NCBI GenBank assembly: GCA_902521955.1
Contig: CABYTP010000001.1
Coordinates: 18,097 to 82,096 of the forward strand
DNA length: 64,000 nucleotides
Reading direction: 5' to 3'
Source of the DNA: an uncultured Candidatus Actinomarina sp.
Lineage (GTDB): Bacteria > Actinomycetota > Acidimicrobiia > Actinomarinales > Actinomarinaceae
Both the position numbers and the translations under genes were made by a program. Positions within the stretch are counted from its first letter, which is position 1; each line of letters starts with the position of its first letter. Shown here in pieces: positions 10,144 through 19,352 of the stretch. The notes below the pieces were generated by a model. It did not search any database, was not told the origin of the DNA, and saw nothing but the letters and a program-made list of their open reading frames with translations.

Positions 10144-11124
10144 TTACTTTCTTAATTTTGGCAATAGTTCTTTACCAAGTAATTTAATTGTTTCTTCTTG
10201 GTTTATTGAAGATATTTGAATGGTAACAATATCTGAATCAAAGTCATCTACAAGGGGACTATAGATATTAACTAAATCCTCAATTGTTGCTGCTTTGGAG
10301 AATTTACCCATAATTTCTTCTTTTGGGAAACTGTCAGCTTCAATTCTAAGAGCTTCAGGATCTAGTTGTTGCAATCTACTAGGAGCCCTAAGTCCTCTCC
10401 AAGACCTTAGTGCTGTCCATGCATCATCATCATTATCTGCAAACATAGTCCATCTGTAAGTATGTACTGACATATCTTCTTTCTTTAATTCAGCAGTTTT
10501 CTCTTTAGCAGGATCAATCACCCTCTCATAAGAGTCTTTAGGGTCTTTAACACTAATCATTAAGCCGTCTGCAAATTCTGCTGCTACCTGTGCAGACTTA
10601 GGACCTCCTGCAGCAAGCCATATTGGAATATTTTTTAAAGGAGGGGAGTACAGTTTAGCTTTTTCAGTTTTGTAATAATCACCATTGTAGGTTAATTTTT
10701 CACCATTCAGTAAGCGTCTGATAATAGTGAGAGATTCAATTAATCTATTTTTACGTTCTTCATATTTTGGAAACGTATATCCAAGGGGTCCTTCATTTAT
10801 ATTTTCACCTGTTCCTACTCCTAAATGAAAAGTTGATTTTGTTAGTCTGTCTACGGTTGCAGCTGCTTGAGCTACTACTCCAGGATGCATTCTCCATAAA
10901 GGTGTAGTTACACCAGTACCTAGATCAAGGCTTGGAATATGATTTGCTAATGCGCCTAAAGTTGACCAAGTAAAATTTGAAGCTGAGTAATCATCAACCC
11001 AGGGATGGAAATGTTCAGATATTGTTAACATATCAAATCCAGAATCTCTAGCAATTTCTGAATGTTTAATTAAGTCTTCCGGTTGCCATTGTTCTGAGCC
11101 TAAGAAGTATGAAAATTTTGTCAT
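10144..11124 (-). CDS. Luciferase-like monooxygenase family protein resembling the F420-dependent glucose-6-phosphate dehydrogenase Fgd
   Basis: Recalled from memory, this aligns along most of its length with Fgd1-type LLM enzymes: SEHFHPW, LGVGTGE, WLAAGGP. Confidence 0.7.
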   Translation of the reverse strand: MTKFSYFLGSEQWQPEDLIKHSEIARDSGFDMLTISEHFHPWVDDYSASNFTWSTLGALANHIPSLDLGTGVTTPLWRMHPGVVAQAAATVDRLTKSTFHLGVGTGENINEGPLGYTFPKYEERKNRLIESLTIIRRLLNGEKLTYNGDYYKTEKAKLYSPPLKNIPIWLAAGGPKSAQVAAEFADGLMISVKDPKDSYERVIDPAKEKTAELKKEDMSVHTYRWTMFADNDDDAWTALRSWRGLRAPSRLQQLDPEALRIEADSFPKEEIMGKFSKAATIEDLVNIYSPLVDDFDSDIVTIQISSINQEETIKLLGKELLPKLRK

Positions 11125-11162
11125 TGGATTATTTTAGTTTACTTTATTATTTAGGTGGGTGC

Positions 11163-11190
11163 CCCATAAAGAGGCACCCGAGTTTTTGTG
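11163..11190. terminator. GC-rich hairpin GGGTGCC-N9-GGCACCC immediately 3' of rnpB; a T5 run follows on the plus strand
   Basis: 7-bp perfect stem seen directly in the sequence. On the minus strand it abuts the rnpB 3' end and may act as a processing or termination hairpin. The T-run exists only on the plus strand, where there is no upstream plus-strand gene. Confidence 0.4.
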
Positions 11191-11515
11191 AAACTATAAG
11201 CCGGATTCTGTATACGAAAAACGTATGATAATCATCCATCTTGTGTAATTGTTACCAAATACATCTAGCTACTTACCCGCAATTATTAACCGAGCAGGCT
11301 AATTGCTTCTTAGTATTGCTCCAAGAGGGGTTTACAAGCTAATTTGATTACTCAAATTACTGGTGGTCTCTTACACCACCTTTTCACCCTTACTTATTTT
11401 CATAAGCGGTTTGTTTTCTGTTGCACTATCCGTCAATTACTTGCCTGGGAGTTACCCAGCTCTTTGCTCTGTGGAGTCCGGACTTTCCTCGATAAATCGC
11501 GATTATCCGTTTCAC
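11188..11515 (-). ncRNA. rnpB: RNase P RNA (bacterial type A, compact)
   Basis: On the minus strand: the P4 5' strand GAGGAAAGUCCGGACUCC, GGGUGAAAAGGUGGUGUAAGAGACCACC matching the consensus GGGUGAAA.GGUGCGGUAAGAGCGCACC, the 3' consensus ACAGAAUCCGGCUUAU, and a perfect 7-bp P1 between GUGAAAC at the 5' end and GUUUCAC at the 3' end. Confidence 0.85.
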
Positions 11516-11537
11516 ATACTTAGTTTACATAGTAAAT

Positions 11538-12020
11538 TTATTCATTTGAATAAGAAATTATTATTTCCTGCAGATTGTCTAAAGATAGGGGACCTATGAA
11601 TTTTTTGATGATTTGATTATTTAATAATATATGTGTTTCAGGTACTCCAAATACACCAGAGTAAATTGCCATCTTGCTTTCTGGGTCAGTTACATAATTG
11701 ATTTCACCTCTTCCATACTGATTAATAAAATCAATAGCATTTTCCTTTGAGTCTTGAAATGATACGAAATAAACTTGGTTTTCAAATCCCTTGGTTTGAG
11801 AAAGTTGAATTAGGTACTGGTGTTCTTCTATACATTCCAAGCACCAAGATGCCCAATAATTAATTATTGTGTAATTACTAGAATTAATATTAATAATTTC
11901 ACTTGTTTCAAGATTTTCTAGATTATTTAAAATATTTTTATCAACTTCTATAATATTTGTTGTTGCACTAGAACTACAAGATATAAAGATTAAAAATGAT
12001 ATAAGAAGTTTAATTTTCAT
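11538..12020 (-). CDS. ccmG: Thioredoxin-fold thiol:disulfide oxidoreductase (CcmG/TlpA/ResA-like)
   Basis: N-terminal signal peptide and a WASWCLEC CxxC motif. It is the last gene of the ccm string. Confidence 0.75.
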   Translation of the reverse strand: MKIKLLISFLIFISCSSSATTNIIEVDKNILNNLENLETSEIININSSNYTIINYWASWCLECIEEHQYLIQLSQTKGFENQVYFVSFQDSKENAIDFINQYGRGEINYVTDPESKMAIYSGVFGVPETHILLNNQIIKKFIGPLSLDNLQEIIISYSNE

Positions 12021-12546
12021 AAATTACAAGTATTTCATTAATTATTTTTAAATCATCTTCAGGTAATGAAGGGTTACTTTTTAAAGATTCTAATATTTTG
12101 ATTCCTTCACTCCTGGTATCAGGATTCTGAACATATATGATTCCTTTATAGGTACTTCCTAAAAGGGATCTAGGAGATAGCCTTACAGCTTCATTTATGT
12201 AACTCATTGAGGTCAACTCATCTCCAGACTCATATACCATCCATCCTATTTGTGCAAGTGAGTAACTTTTCAAATCTATGTCATTGGTATTTTCGGCAAC
12301 ATACATAAAGTGAATTAAAGCATTGGAGTAGTCATAAGATTCAAAATACCTATTAGCTAGAGCTATTCTCATAGGTAAAATATCAGGATTTAATTTAATT
12401 ACCTGCTCCATTTCTTCATTAGTTACATTTGAAAGATCTGTTGATTGACTGGACGAAATAGAAGAATTGTTATCTAAATTAAAATAAAGAAATATGGGAA
12501 AAATTAAAATAAAGACTCCTGAATAAAACCATTTATTTTTTAACAT
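12010..12546 (-). CDS. TPR-repeat protein, probably the CcmI/CcmH C-terminal-domain-like apocytochrome chaperone
   Basis: N-terminal TM segment followed by TPR-like repeats. Positioned between ccmH and ccmG. Confidence 0.5.
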   Translation of the reverse strand: MLKNKWFYSGVFILIFPIFLYFNLDNNSSISSSQSTDLSNVTNEEMEQVIKLNPDILPMRIALANRYFESYDYSNALIHFMYVAENTNDIDLKSYSLAQIGWMVYESGDELTSMSYINEAVRLSPRSLLGSTYKGIIYVQNPDTRSEGIKILESLKSNPSLPEDDLKIINEILVIYEN

Positions 12547-12892
12547 ATAGTTTCCTTATAAAAATTAATATAAAAATTAGAACTATAGATATTGGCACAA
12601 TCAGTATTTCAGTGTTATTAGTTATTGGATTTGTTATTATTCTCTCTCCGTAGCGCTCAACCCAGAATGTATTTATTTCACCATCTGTTAATCCGTTGTC
12701 TATTTGTTCTTTTAAAATAGATTTCATATCATCTGCGTACTCTGACGGTGAATCATATATAGTCTCACCCTGACATACTGGGCACAGTAAAATTTTGCTC
12801 CAATTTTCTAATCTTGATTCGTTACTCGGAGATATTAACGGCATTGAAATAATTATTACTACCAGAACAAAAGTTATGTATCTAGACTTCAT
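12533..12892 (-). CDS. ccmH: Cytochrome c-type biogenesis protein CcmH (CycL)
   Basis: LLCPVCQGE (the LRCxxC-type motif), a signal peptide and a C-terminal TM segment. Confidence 0.8.
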   Translation of the reverse strand: MKSRYITFVLVVIIISMPLISPSNESRLENWSKILLCPVCQGETIYDSPSEYADDMKSILKEQIDNGLTDGEINTFWVERYGERIITNPITNNTEILIVPISIVLIFILIFIRKLYVKK

Positions 12893-14777
12893 TTTTTCTT
12901 AACCTCGGAAAGAATGAAAGACTTGTTATAAGTAGACCTATCCACATAATTAGAACCCCGTAATTATTTCTAACTATTAACTTGTAGCTATCTTCATTAA
13001 TGAACTTAACAGTTATATAAATATCATTAATAATTGATCTAAATACCGCAGGTGAACTGATTGCTTGTTGAGATGAATTTTTAAATATATTTAAAGAAGT
13101 ATATTTTGTCTGTTTTGAATTTGAAATTGGTAATTTAAGTACATTTTTTTCAGGGAGACTTTCCTCAATTGTGTCATATACAAAATAAGTTTCGTTATTA
13201 AAGTTAAATTCTTGAAAAGAATTTAACTCTTTTTCAATGGAGAAGCTTTGACTAACATTTAAAATTATTCCAAGTGCAAAGATACCTATTCCTAGATGAG
13301 CAATTTGCCCAGTCCAATAGGAGCTACTTCCCTTAGGAACCCTAAAGTTCTTGTAAAAATTTCTTAAAGTCGTAAAAATTAATATAAAAGAAAATGAAAC
13401 TGTAATGATTAGAATGTATGAATTATTTAATAGTAACAATGTAAAAATAGTCACTATTAGTGCAATGTTAATTAAAATTACATTATCGTTAAGCCATTTT
13501 TGAATATTTAAATTTCTGATTGATAGTTTTACAGAAAAAATCATTAGCCCTAAAAGAATAAGCAGTAGGGGACCTACAAGAATATCATAATAGGCTCTTC
13601 CAACAGTAATTTGTCTACTGTAAAGAGTTTCGTAAATTAGTGGAAATATTGTTCCAATAAAAATTACAAGTGCAGATGAAAATAAGAAAATATTGTTGTA
13701 AACAAAAAATCCTGATTTACCAAACCAGTTGTCAATTTTTTTTGATTTTGAAAAGTATTCAATATTTTTTGATCCTATTGCAATGAAAATTAATCCAAAT
13801 AAAAGCATTCCAAATAACAGATACGTTCCAATATTTCCATTAGAGAATGCGTGAACCGATATAAGTACTCCTGATCGAGTTATAAAAGTTCCAAATAATG
13901 TAGACAAAAACATTAAACCCACAAGAATATAGTTCCAATTCAACAAAGTGTTTTGTGTTTTTTGAATTTTAGCTGAATGAAGAAATGCTGTAGCAAGTAA
14001 CCAGGGGATAAATGATACATTTTCAACTGGATCCCAGGCCCAATAACCTCCCCACCCTAGAACTTCATAAGACCAAGCTGCGCCAAGAGTTATTCCAATA
14101 GTTAAAAACAACCATGGAACATAGGTTGTTTTTTCTGCGACTTCAATCCATGTATTTGAATCCTCTTTTTTTGAATAAAGCCTGCTCGTAGCAGCAACAA
14201 AAGGCATTGTCATGCCGACATATCCTATATAAAGCATTGGAGGGTGAATAGCCATTAGGGGATGATTTTGTAATAAAGGGTTCGGTCCGCGACCAATATT
14301 ACTTGTAACTACTTCTGCAAAAGGAATGATGGTTGAAGCACTGCATCCGATGGTTGCAAGCTCTATACAACCGGCAAAGGGAGATGAACTAAAAACTGTA
14401 TATCCAACAAAAAATATCATAATAAGAGTAAAAATTTTAATATCAATATTTGAAGATGGATCTTTATAAAATTTTAAATAAAAATACATAAATAAACTTA
14501 AACAAAGATTCCACAGTAATATAGATCCATCCAACGATCCCCAAAGCGAAGCAAATTTATATAAAGGTGGAGTAGATTTTGCAGAATAATTAGCAATATA
14601 AGATAGAGAGAAGTCATTTAAAAATAATCCAATCTCAAGTAGGCAAAATAAGAAAACCTGGATAAAGAGATTAATTCTTACAAGTATTTCCGTATATAGA
14701 TTTTTTTTGTTAAAGAATAAAAATATTAACAGACCCAAACTGATCCAACTAAAAATAATTCCAGTATTATAAATCAT
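12882..14777 (-). CDS. ccmF: Cytochrome c-type biogenesis protein CcmF (heme lyase subunit)
   Basis: 631 aa and polytopic, with the WWD motif WGGYWAWDPVEN. Confidence 0.9.
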   Translation of the reverse strand: MIYNTGIIFSWISLGLLIFLFFNKKNLYTEILVRINLFIQVFLFCLLEIGLFLNDFSLSYIANYSAKSTPPLYKFASLWGSLDGSILLWNLCLSLFMYFYLKFYKDPSSNIDIKIFTLIMIFFVGYTVFSSSPFAGCIELATIGCSASTIIPFAEVVTSNIGRGPNPLLQNHPLMAIHPPMLYIGYVGMTMPFVAATSRLYSKKEDSNTWIEVAEKTTYVPWLFLTIGITLGAAWSYEVLGWGGYWAWDPVENVSFIPWLLATAFLHSAKIQKTQNTLLNWNYILVGLMFLSTLFGTFITRSGVLISVHAFSNGNIGTYLLFGMLLFGLIFIAIGSKNIEYFSKSKKIDNWFGKSGFFVYNNIFLFSSALVIFIGTIFPLIYETLYSRQITVGRAYYDILVGPLLLILLGLMIFSVKLSIRNLNIQKWLNDNVILINIALIVTIFTLLLLNNSYILIITVSFSFILIFTTLRNFYKNFRVPKGSSSYWTGQIAHLGIGIFALGIILNVSQSFSIEKELNSFQEFNFNNETYFVYDTIEESLPEKNVLKLPISNSKQTKYTSLNIFKNSSQQAISSPAVFRSIINDIYITVKFINEDSYKLIVRNNYGVLIMWIGLLITSLSFFPRLRKNEV

Positions 14778-15175
14778 TTTGAATAACTTTTAACATCATA
14801 TGTTTCACCGTCACTTGAGACATATTCGTTATCATGTTTTACCAACATATCATCTGCAAAAAATATATCATTATCTAATACACCATCAAGAATTACACCC
14901 ATATTTTCTTGAAATAAATCTGGTATAAATCCATCAAATATTATCTCTATTTCTTTATTACCATCTGTTATTGTAAAAACTGTAAATCCATCATCTTGAG
15001 TAATAGAATCCTCCACTACAAATCCACCTAATTTAATTCTTTCATTAGCGGTTATTTCTATATCTTCAGTTTCTGATGTAGTGTAGAAATAGATGGTATT
15101 TTTAGAAGCAATTACGGTACTTGCATAAATAATAAGTCCAATGCCCAAAAGGACAATAATAAAATTTTTTTTCAC
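14774..15175 (-). CDS. ccmE: Cytochrome c-type biogenesis protein CcmE (heme chaperone)
   Basis: N-terminal TM anchor and the C-terminal motif LVKHDNEYV, which corresponds to the heme-binding LAKHDEKYxPPE region with the conserved His. Confidence 0.85.
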   Translation of the reverse strand: MKKNFIIVLLGIGLIIYASTVIASKNTIYFYTTSETEDIEITANERIKLGGFVVEDSITQDDGFTVFTITDGNKEIEIIFDGFIPDLFQENMGVILDGVLDNDIFFADDMLVKHDNEYVSSDGETYDVKSYSK

Positions 15176-15180
15176 TCTAT

Positions 15181-15849
15181 TTAAATTTTAGCTCTTGATT
15201 TAGGATTTAAATAGTCGTCCCATAATATATCGTTAGATATTCGGAATCTTTTTGTGAGGAATACATGAACAAGAGTTACCAGTAGAACACTTATTAAAAG
15301 AGTTACAAGGATATCTGTAGACATAGGAGCATCTCCCGATGCAACAGTTTCTTGACTTAAGATACTTGCCTGTTGGTGGACAGATCGCCACCAAATTACA
15401 CTAAAGTGCAATATAGGAATCTGTATCACGCCAAAAATACCGATAAAGGACGAATTCTTTGCTGTTTTAGCTAAGTCTTTATTAAACTGCCTTGAGGCAA
15501 TGTATCCAAAATAAACTAGCAAGAGTATAGCTGTTAAGTTGAGCCTTGCATCACCCCAAACCCACCATGTTCCCCATGTTTGTTTTCCCCAATAAGATCC
15601 TGCTAATAAAGTAACAACGGTAAAGAGGACACCAGATTTTGCATTTGCTACAGCTAGTGAGTCATATTTTTGTTTTTTTGTAAAAAAGTACAACACAGAG
15701 TAAATAAATGTAAGAGTGTATCCTAAATAAGCAACCCAAACTGTGGGTACATGTATATATAAAAGTTTTGAATAGATACCTTGTGTCACGTCATAAGGTC
15801 CAAAAAAAGAAATTACAAGCCAGACTGCTAAAGGTCCATAAAGCATCAT
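15181..15849 (-). CDS. ccmC: Heme exporter protein CcmC
   Basis: WWD motif WGTWWVWGDARL and about six TM segments. Confidence 0.85.
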   Translation of the reverse strand: MMLYGPLAVWLVISFFGPYDVTQGIYSKLLYIHVPTVWVAYLGYTLTFIYSVLYFFTKKQKYDSLAVANAKSGVLFTVVTLLAGSYWGKQTWGTWWVWGDARLNLTAILLLVYFGYIASRQFNKDLAKTAKNSSFIGIFGVIQIPILHFSVIWWRSVHQQASILSQETVASGDAPMSTDILVTLLISVLLVTLVHVFLTKRFRISNDILWDDYLNPKSRAKI

Positions 15850-16481
15850 TTCGTACTCCTTAAATAAAAGTTAGTAAAAGCATAAATAACTAAAGTTATG
15901 CCTAAATACATTACTAAGTAAATATTACTTATTTCTTGATTTACACCTAACCATAGGGGAGCGATTAATATTGCAAAACCAATATATATTGGAACAATTA
16001 TTGTGAATTGAACAAAACGATTATTAAAACTTGTAAATACTTGAAAAAAAAGATTTATCATAATTGCATTTATGCAAAAGAACAAGACAGAAACGCATAT
16101 ATTGACTAAAGATGTATTCAATGATGTATTTGTGAATCCAGAAAATAGAATTAGTAAAAGAATGATTTGTGGATAAAATATTCCTAATTCCGCAATGGTT
16201 TTACTGTAGAAATAATCTGTTTTCTTTATTGATCCAAAATTTAACTCTTTTACTAATCTTTGCTCATCTAGTGGATTTCTTATTGAAAAAAGAGTAGTAA
16301 ATAAAATCAGAAACAAAAGCTCTACTATCAAAAATAAGTCATCGTCTACACGGAATCTATTTTCTGACAAAATTGGAAAAACAATTATTAGAACAGACAT
16401 CGTAGGGGTAATTAAAAATAAAGAGGTGTTATTTCTAAATTCCAAACTAGTTTCTTTTTTAATAATGTATTTTCTAATCAT
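15846..16481 (-). CDS. ccmB: Heme exporter permease CcmB
   Basis: 211-aa polytopic membrane protein. ATGA-type overlaps with both ccmA and ccmC. Its position between ccmA and ccmC supports the call. Confidence 0.7.
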   Translation of the reverse strand: MIRKYIIKKETSLEFRNNTSLFLITPTMSVLIIVFPILSENRFRVDDDLFLIVELLFLILFTTLFSIRNPLDEQRLVKELNFGSIKKTDYFYSKTIAELGIFYPQIILLLILFSGFTNTSLNTSLVNICVSVLFFCINAIMINLFFQVFTSFNNRFVQFTIIVPIYIGFAILIAPLWLGVNQEISNIYLVMYLGITLVIYAFTNFYLRSTK

Positions 16482-17067
16482 TTAAATCAATAGTTCTTTC
16501 AATACTGATTAGTGAGTTTATGCTTTCTTGACTTGAAAGAATTGAAGAATTTCCGTCAGACTCTCTTTTTTTAAGTAACTCTAATAAAAGTTGAATTCCG
16601 TTTTCATCGAGATAAACTTTCGGTTCATCAATGCAAAGGACATCAGGATTTTTCAAATCCGCTATTGCTATTTCACTTCTTTTAGTCATTCCACTTGAAA
16701 AGTCTTCAATTAAGTCACCTTTAAAATTTATAAGTTCATATTTTGTAAGGATTTTATCTATCAAATCTTGTTTTAAATTTTGTTTGTACAAAAAATAATT
16801 TATATTCTCAATTAAAGAAAGCTTTGGAATCAGAGAAGAAACTGCGCCAATTTCTATTAACGAATTGTTTATTCTTTTTATATCTGAATTAAAAATATTA
16901 CCAATAAAATTATTACTAATACACATTAGAAGAGTTGTCTTCCCAGAACCATTTTTTCCTATAATCTCATAGTTTTTAGAAGCTTCTAGTGAAATCTTTA
17001 GATTACTAATGACTACTTGATTGCCGTAACCTAGTTCAAGATTGCTCGATTCGAAAAAAGAACTCAT
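16474..17067 (-). CDS. ccmA: Heme exporter ATP-binding protein CcmA (ABC ATPase)
   Basis: Walker A GKNGSGKTTLL, ABC signature LSSGMTKR, Walker B LCIDEP. Confidence 0.85.
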   Translation of the reverse strand: MSSFFESSNLELGYGNQVVISNLKISLEASKNYEIIGKNGSGKTTLLMCISNNFIGNIFNSDIKRINNSLIEIGAVSSLIPKLSLIENINYFLYKQNLKQDLIDKILTKYELINFKGDLIEDFSSGMTKRSEIAIADLKNPDVLCIDEPKVYLDENGIQLLLELLKKRESDGNSSILSSQESINSLISIERTIDLND

Positions 17068-18560
17068 ATTCCTATTGTATTAGGTTCTTGATTTCTTATA
17101 AAACGTAAAATTAGATGAAGTTCGTTATAGTAGACAACTTCATCATTTTGTTTAACTACTAGATTGGAGAAAGATTTACTTTCAATTTTAATGTTTTTAT
17201 TTTCAATATTTATATTTAAATCATTTAAGATTTTGAGAATTTGAGAATCTTTATTACTAATTAAATTTTCCATTTTTCTTAAATAATCAAATTCATCTAA
17301 TAAAGAATAATAATTGATAAATTTTTGAGCATTTTCAAATTCAAGATTATCTGAGTAGACCCGTACCTCATCTTTGATTTTTTTAATGTAGTTGGTTAGC
17401 TCATTAAAAAATAATTCAATTTGTTCATTTAACCTTCCTATGTACAAGTTAATATTGAACGATTCTACGCAAGAACAAGGAGTATCTTTGAGTATTGAAA
17501 TATCACATTTTTCTTTTCTTGAGTTATTTTTTTTACAATCAATCAGGTTTAGTAAATCATTTAACATGATTTTAAAATTATTAGCTTTTGAATAACTCAA
17601 AAATGGTCCAATTTTAAACAATGTATTTGAAGTATCTTTTATTTTTGAAATTTCTAAATTAGTTTTATTATTTTTAAGTTTTATCCAGTAAATATTTTTT
17701 GAAAATTTTCCTCTCCTATTAAATTTTGGATTGTATTGATTTATAATTCTTTGCTCAACAATTAATGCAGTTATTTCATTGTCTAGTTGTTCGTATAATA
17801 ACTTATTTGAAGCATTTACAATTTTGTTTGATTTGAAAGATCGAGAAAAGCTTAAATGTGAACTTAATCTATTTTTTAAATTTTTTGATTTTCCAACATA
17901 TTGTATTTTTTCATCTTTTAAGAATAAATAAACCCCTGGGTTGGATGGAATTTCTTTAATTTTATATTTATCTTTTAATTTTTTATCTATTCCCATTATG
18001 TAGTCATTTAGGTCTTTAACAGTATCTATACCTGCAATGCTTTTTTCTTTAAGAAGGTTTTGCAGCACCTCATAAGTTGTTAATACATCTGCTTTTGCAT
18101 TATGTTCATTTTTATTATGGGTTTTGTAAAAATAACTTAATGTCTGAAGTTTATGGTTTTTAATTTTTCCCCTGAGTAAAGCCCTTGAGAGTTTGAGTGT
18201 ATCAAGTCTCTCATTTTGAAGTTTTTCAATTTTTTTTTCCTTCAAAGCGGAATTTAGAAAAGATAAATCAAAATTTAAATTATGACCAATGACTATTGTA
18301 TTTCTTAAAAAGTCATTAATTTTTTTTATCTCGCTTTCAATTTTTGGTGAATTTTTTAAATGCCACTCATATATTCCCGTTAGTTTTGAAATGAATAAAG
18401 GCAACTCTCCATCTGGTTTGAATTTTGAATAATATTCATCAATTATTTTATTTTCTCTAAATTTAATCATATATATTTCAATGATCTCACTGTTATGGGG
18501 ACTTATGCCTGTTGTTTCAATATCCAGAACTACTAATGTATTGTCTTTAAAAACTTTCAA
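17064..18560 (-). CDS. DnaQ-like 3'-5' exonuclease fused to a GIY-YIG nuclease domain (Rv2191/Cho-like)
   Basis: Exo I VLDIETTG, Exo II GHNLNFDLSFL, Exo III H-x4-D (HNAKAD). A GIY-YIG domain follows: PGVYLF...IQYVGKS...R...E...N. Overlaps ccmA by 4 nt. Confidence 0.8.
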   Translation of the reverse strand: MKVFKDNTLVVLDIETTGISPHNSEIIEIYMIKFRENKIIDEYYSKFKPDGELPLFISKLTGIYEWHLKNSPKIESEIKKINDFLRNTIVIGHNLNFDLSFLNSALKEKKIEKLQNERLDTLKLSRALLRGKIKNHKLQTLSYFYKTHNKNEHNAKADVLTTYEVLQNLLKEKSIAGIDTVKDLNDYIMGIDKKLKDKYKIKEIPSNPGVYLFLKDEKIQYVGKSKNLKNRLSSHLSFSRSFKSNKIVNASNKLLYEQLDNEITALIVEQRIINQYNPKFNRRGKFSKNIYWIKLKNNKTNLEISKIKDTSNTLFKIGPFLSYSKANNFKIMLNDLLNLIDCKKNNSRKEKCDISILKDTPCSCVESFNINLYIGRLNEQIELFFNELTNYIKKIKDEVRVYSDNLEFENAQKFINYYSLLDEFDYLRKMENLISNKDSQILKILNDLNINIENKNIKIESKSFSNLVVKQNDEVVYYNELHLILRFIRNQEPNTIGI

Positions 18561-19352
18561 TTATTTTGTTAATTCCCACATTCCTATTGCTGCAGCAGTC
18601 GATGCATTTAATGAATCAACATTATTAGTAGATCTTATTCTTAAAGCAGAATGTGAAATATCAAACCAAGGATCTGAGATACCATATTGCTCTGCACCAA
18701 CCACAAGAGCCCAGTTTAAACTGGGGTTAAATTCCTCAATATCTTTATCTCCATCAGGGTCAAGCAATAGTATTTGATAATGATTTTTTTCTAAAATAGA
18801 AATCAATTCCTGGTTGGATCCACTCCAAATATTTGTATTGAAAATGTGCCCAATAGAAGATCTTATGACATTTGGATTAAATATATCAGTTACCTCATCT
18901 GATAAAAATATATTGTTTATGCCGAATGATTTTGAAGTTCTAATCATGGTTCCTAAATTTCCCGGTTTTTCAATTTGGTCAGGTATTAAAATTGGTCCGT
19001 TCACTTTATTGGGATTAGTTTTGTAACTTGTATTAAATAATGAGATAATTCCATCTGGCCTATCTCGATAAGAAATTTCTTTAAATATTTTTTCAGAAAC
19101 TTCAACTATCCGAATATCTTTATTGATAAATCTATTTACTAGTTCTTCATTATTCTCACCCATAAAAAAATTATTACAAGTATATAAAGTATCTATTTCA
19201 TATTTAGAATTTATGAGTTGAGTATTTTCTCTATAACCTTCTGCAATTGATTTCATTTCTGATTTACGATTTCTATTTTTTCTGAGCGACATTAAAAATT
19301 TGTATTCGGGATTGTTGAAGGAACTTATATGTTTATTTTGAGAATTTTTCAT
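18561..19352 (-). CDS. SpoU/TrmH-family RNA 2'-O-methyltransferase
   Basis: C-terminal SPOUT motifs LVVGAEQYGIS and ALRIRSTNNVDSLNASTAAAIGMWEL. Confidence 0.8.
   Translation of the reverse strand: MKNSQNKHISSFNNPEYKFLMSLRKNRNRKSEMKSIAEGYRENTQLINSKYEIDTLYTCNNFFMGENNEELVNRFINKDIRIVEVSEKIFKEISYRDRPDGIISLFNTSYKTNPNKVNGPILIPDQIEKPGNLGTMIRTSKSFGINNIFLSDEVTDIFNPNVIRSSIGHIFNTNIWSGSNQELISILEKNHYQILLLDPDGDKDIEEFNPSLNWALVVGAEQYGISDPWFDISHSALRIRSTNNVDSLNASTAAAIGMWELTK

Noticed and set aside
11363-11599. 78-aa plus-strand ORF
   Set aside because: It lies entirely inside the RNase P RNA gene on the opposite strand and has no coding features.
17392-17595. 67-aa plus-strand ORF, and the ORFs at 18481-18777, 18814-19026, 19899-20234 and 20231-20422
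   Set aside because: They are antisense to the exo/GIY-YIG, trmH, nitroreductase and leuB genes, are short, and have no motifs.
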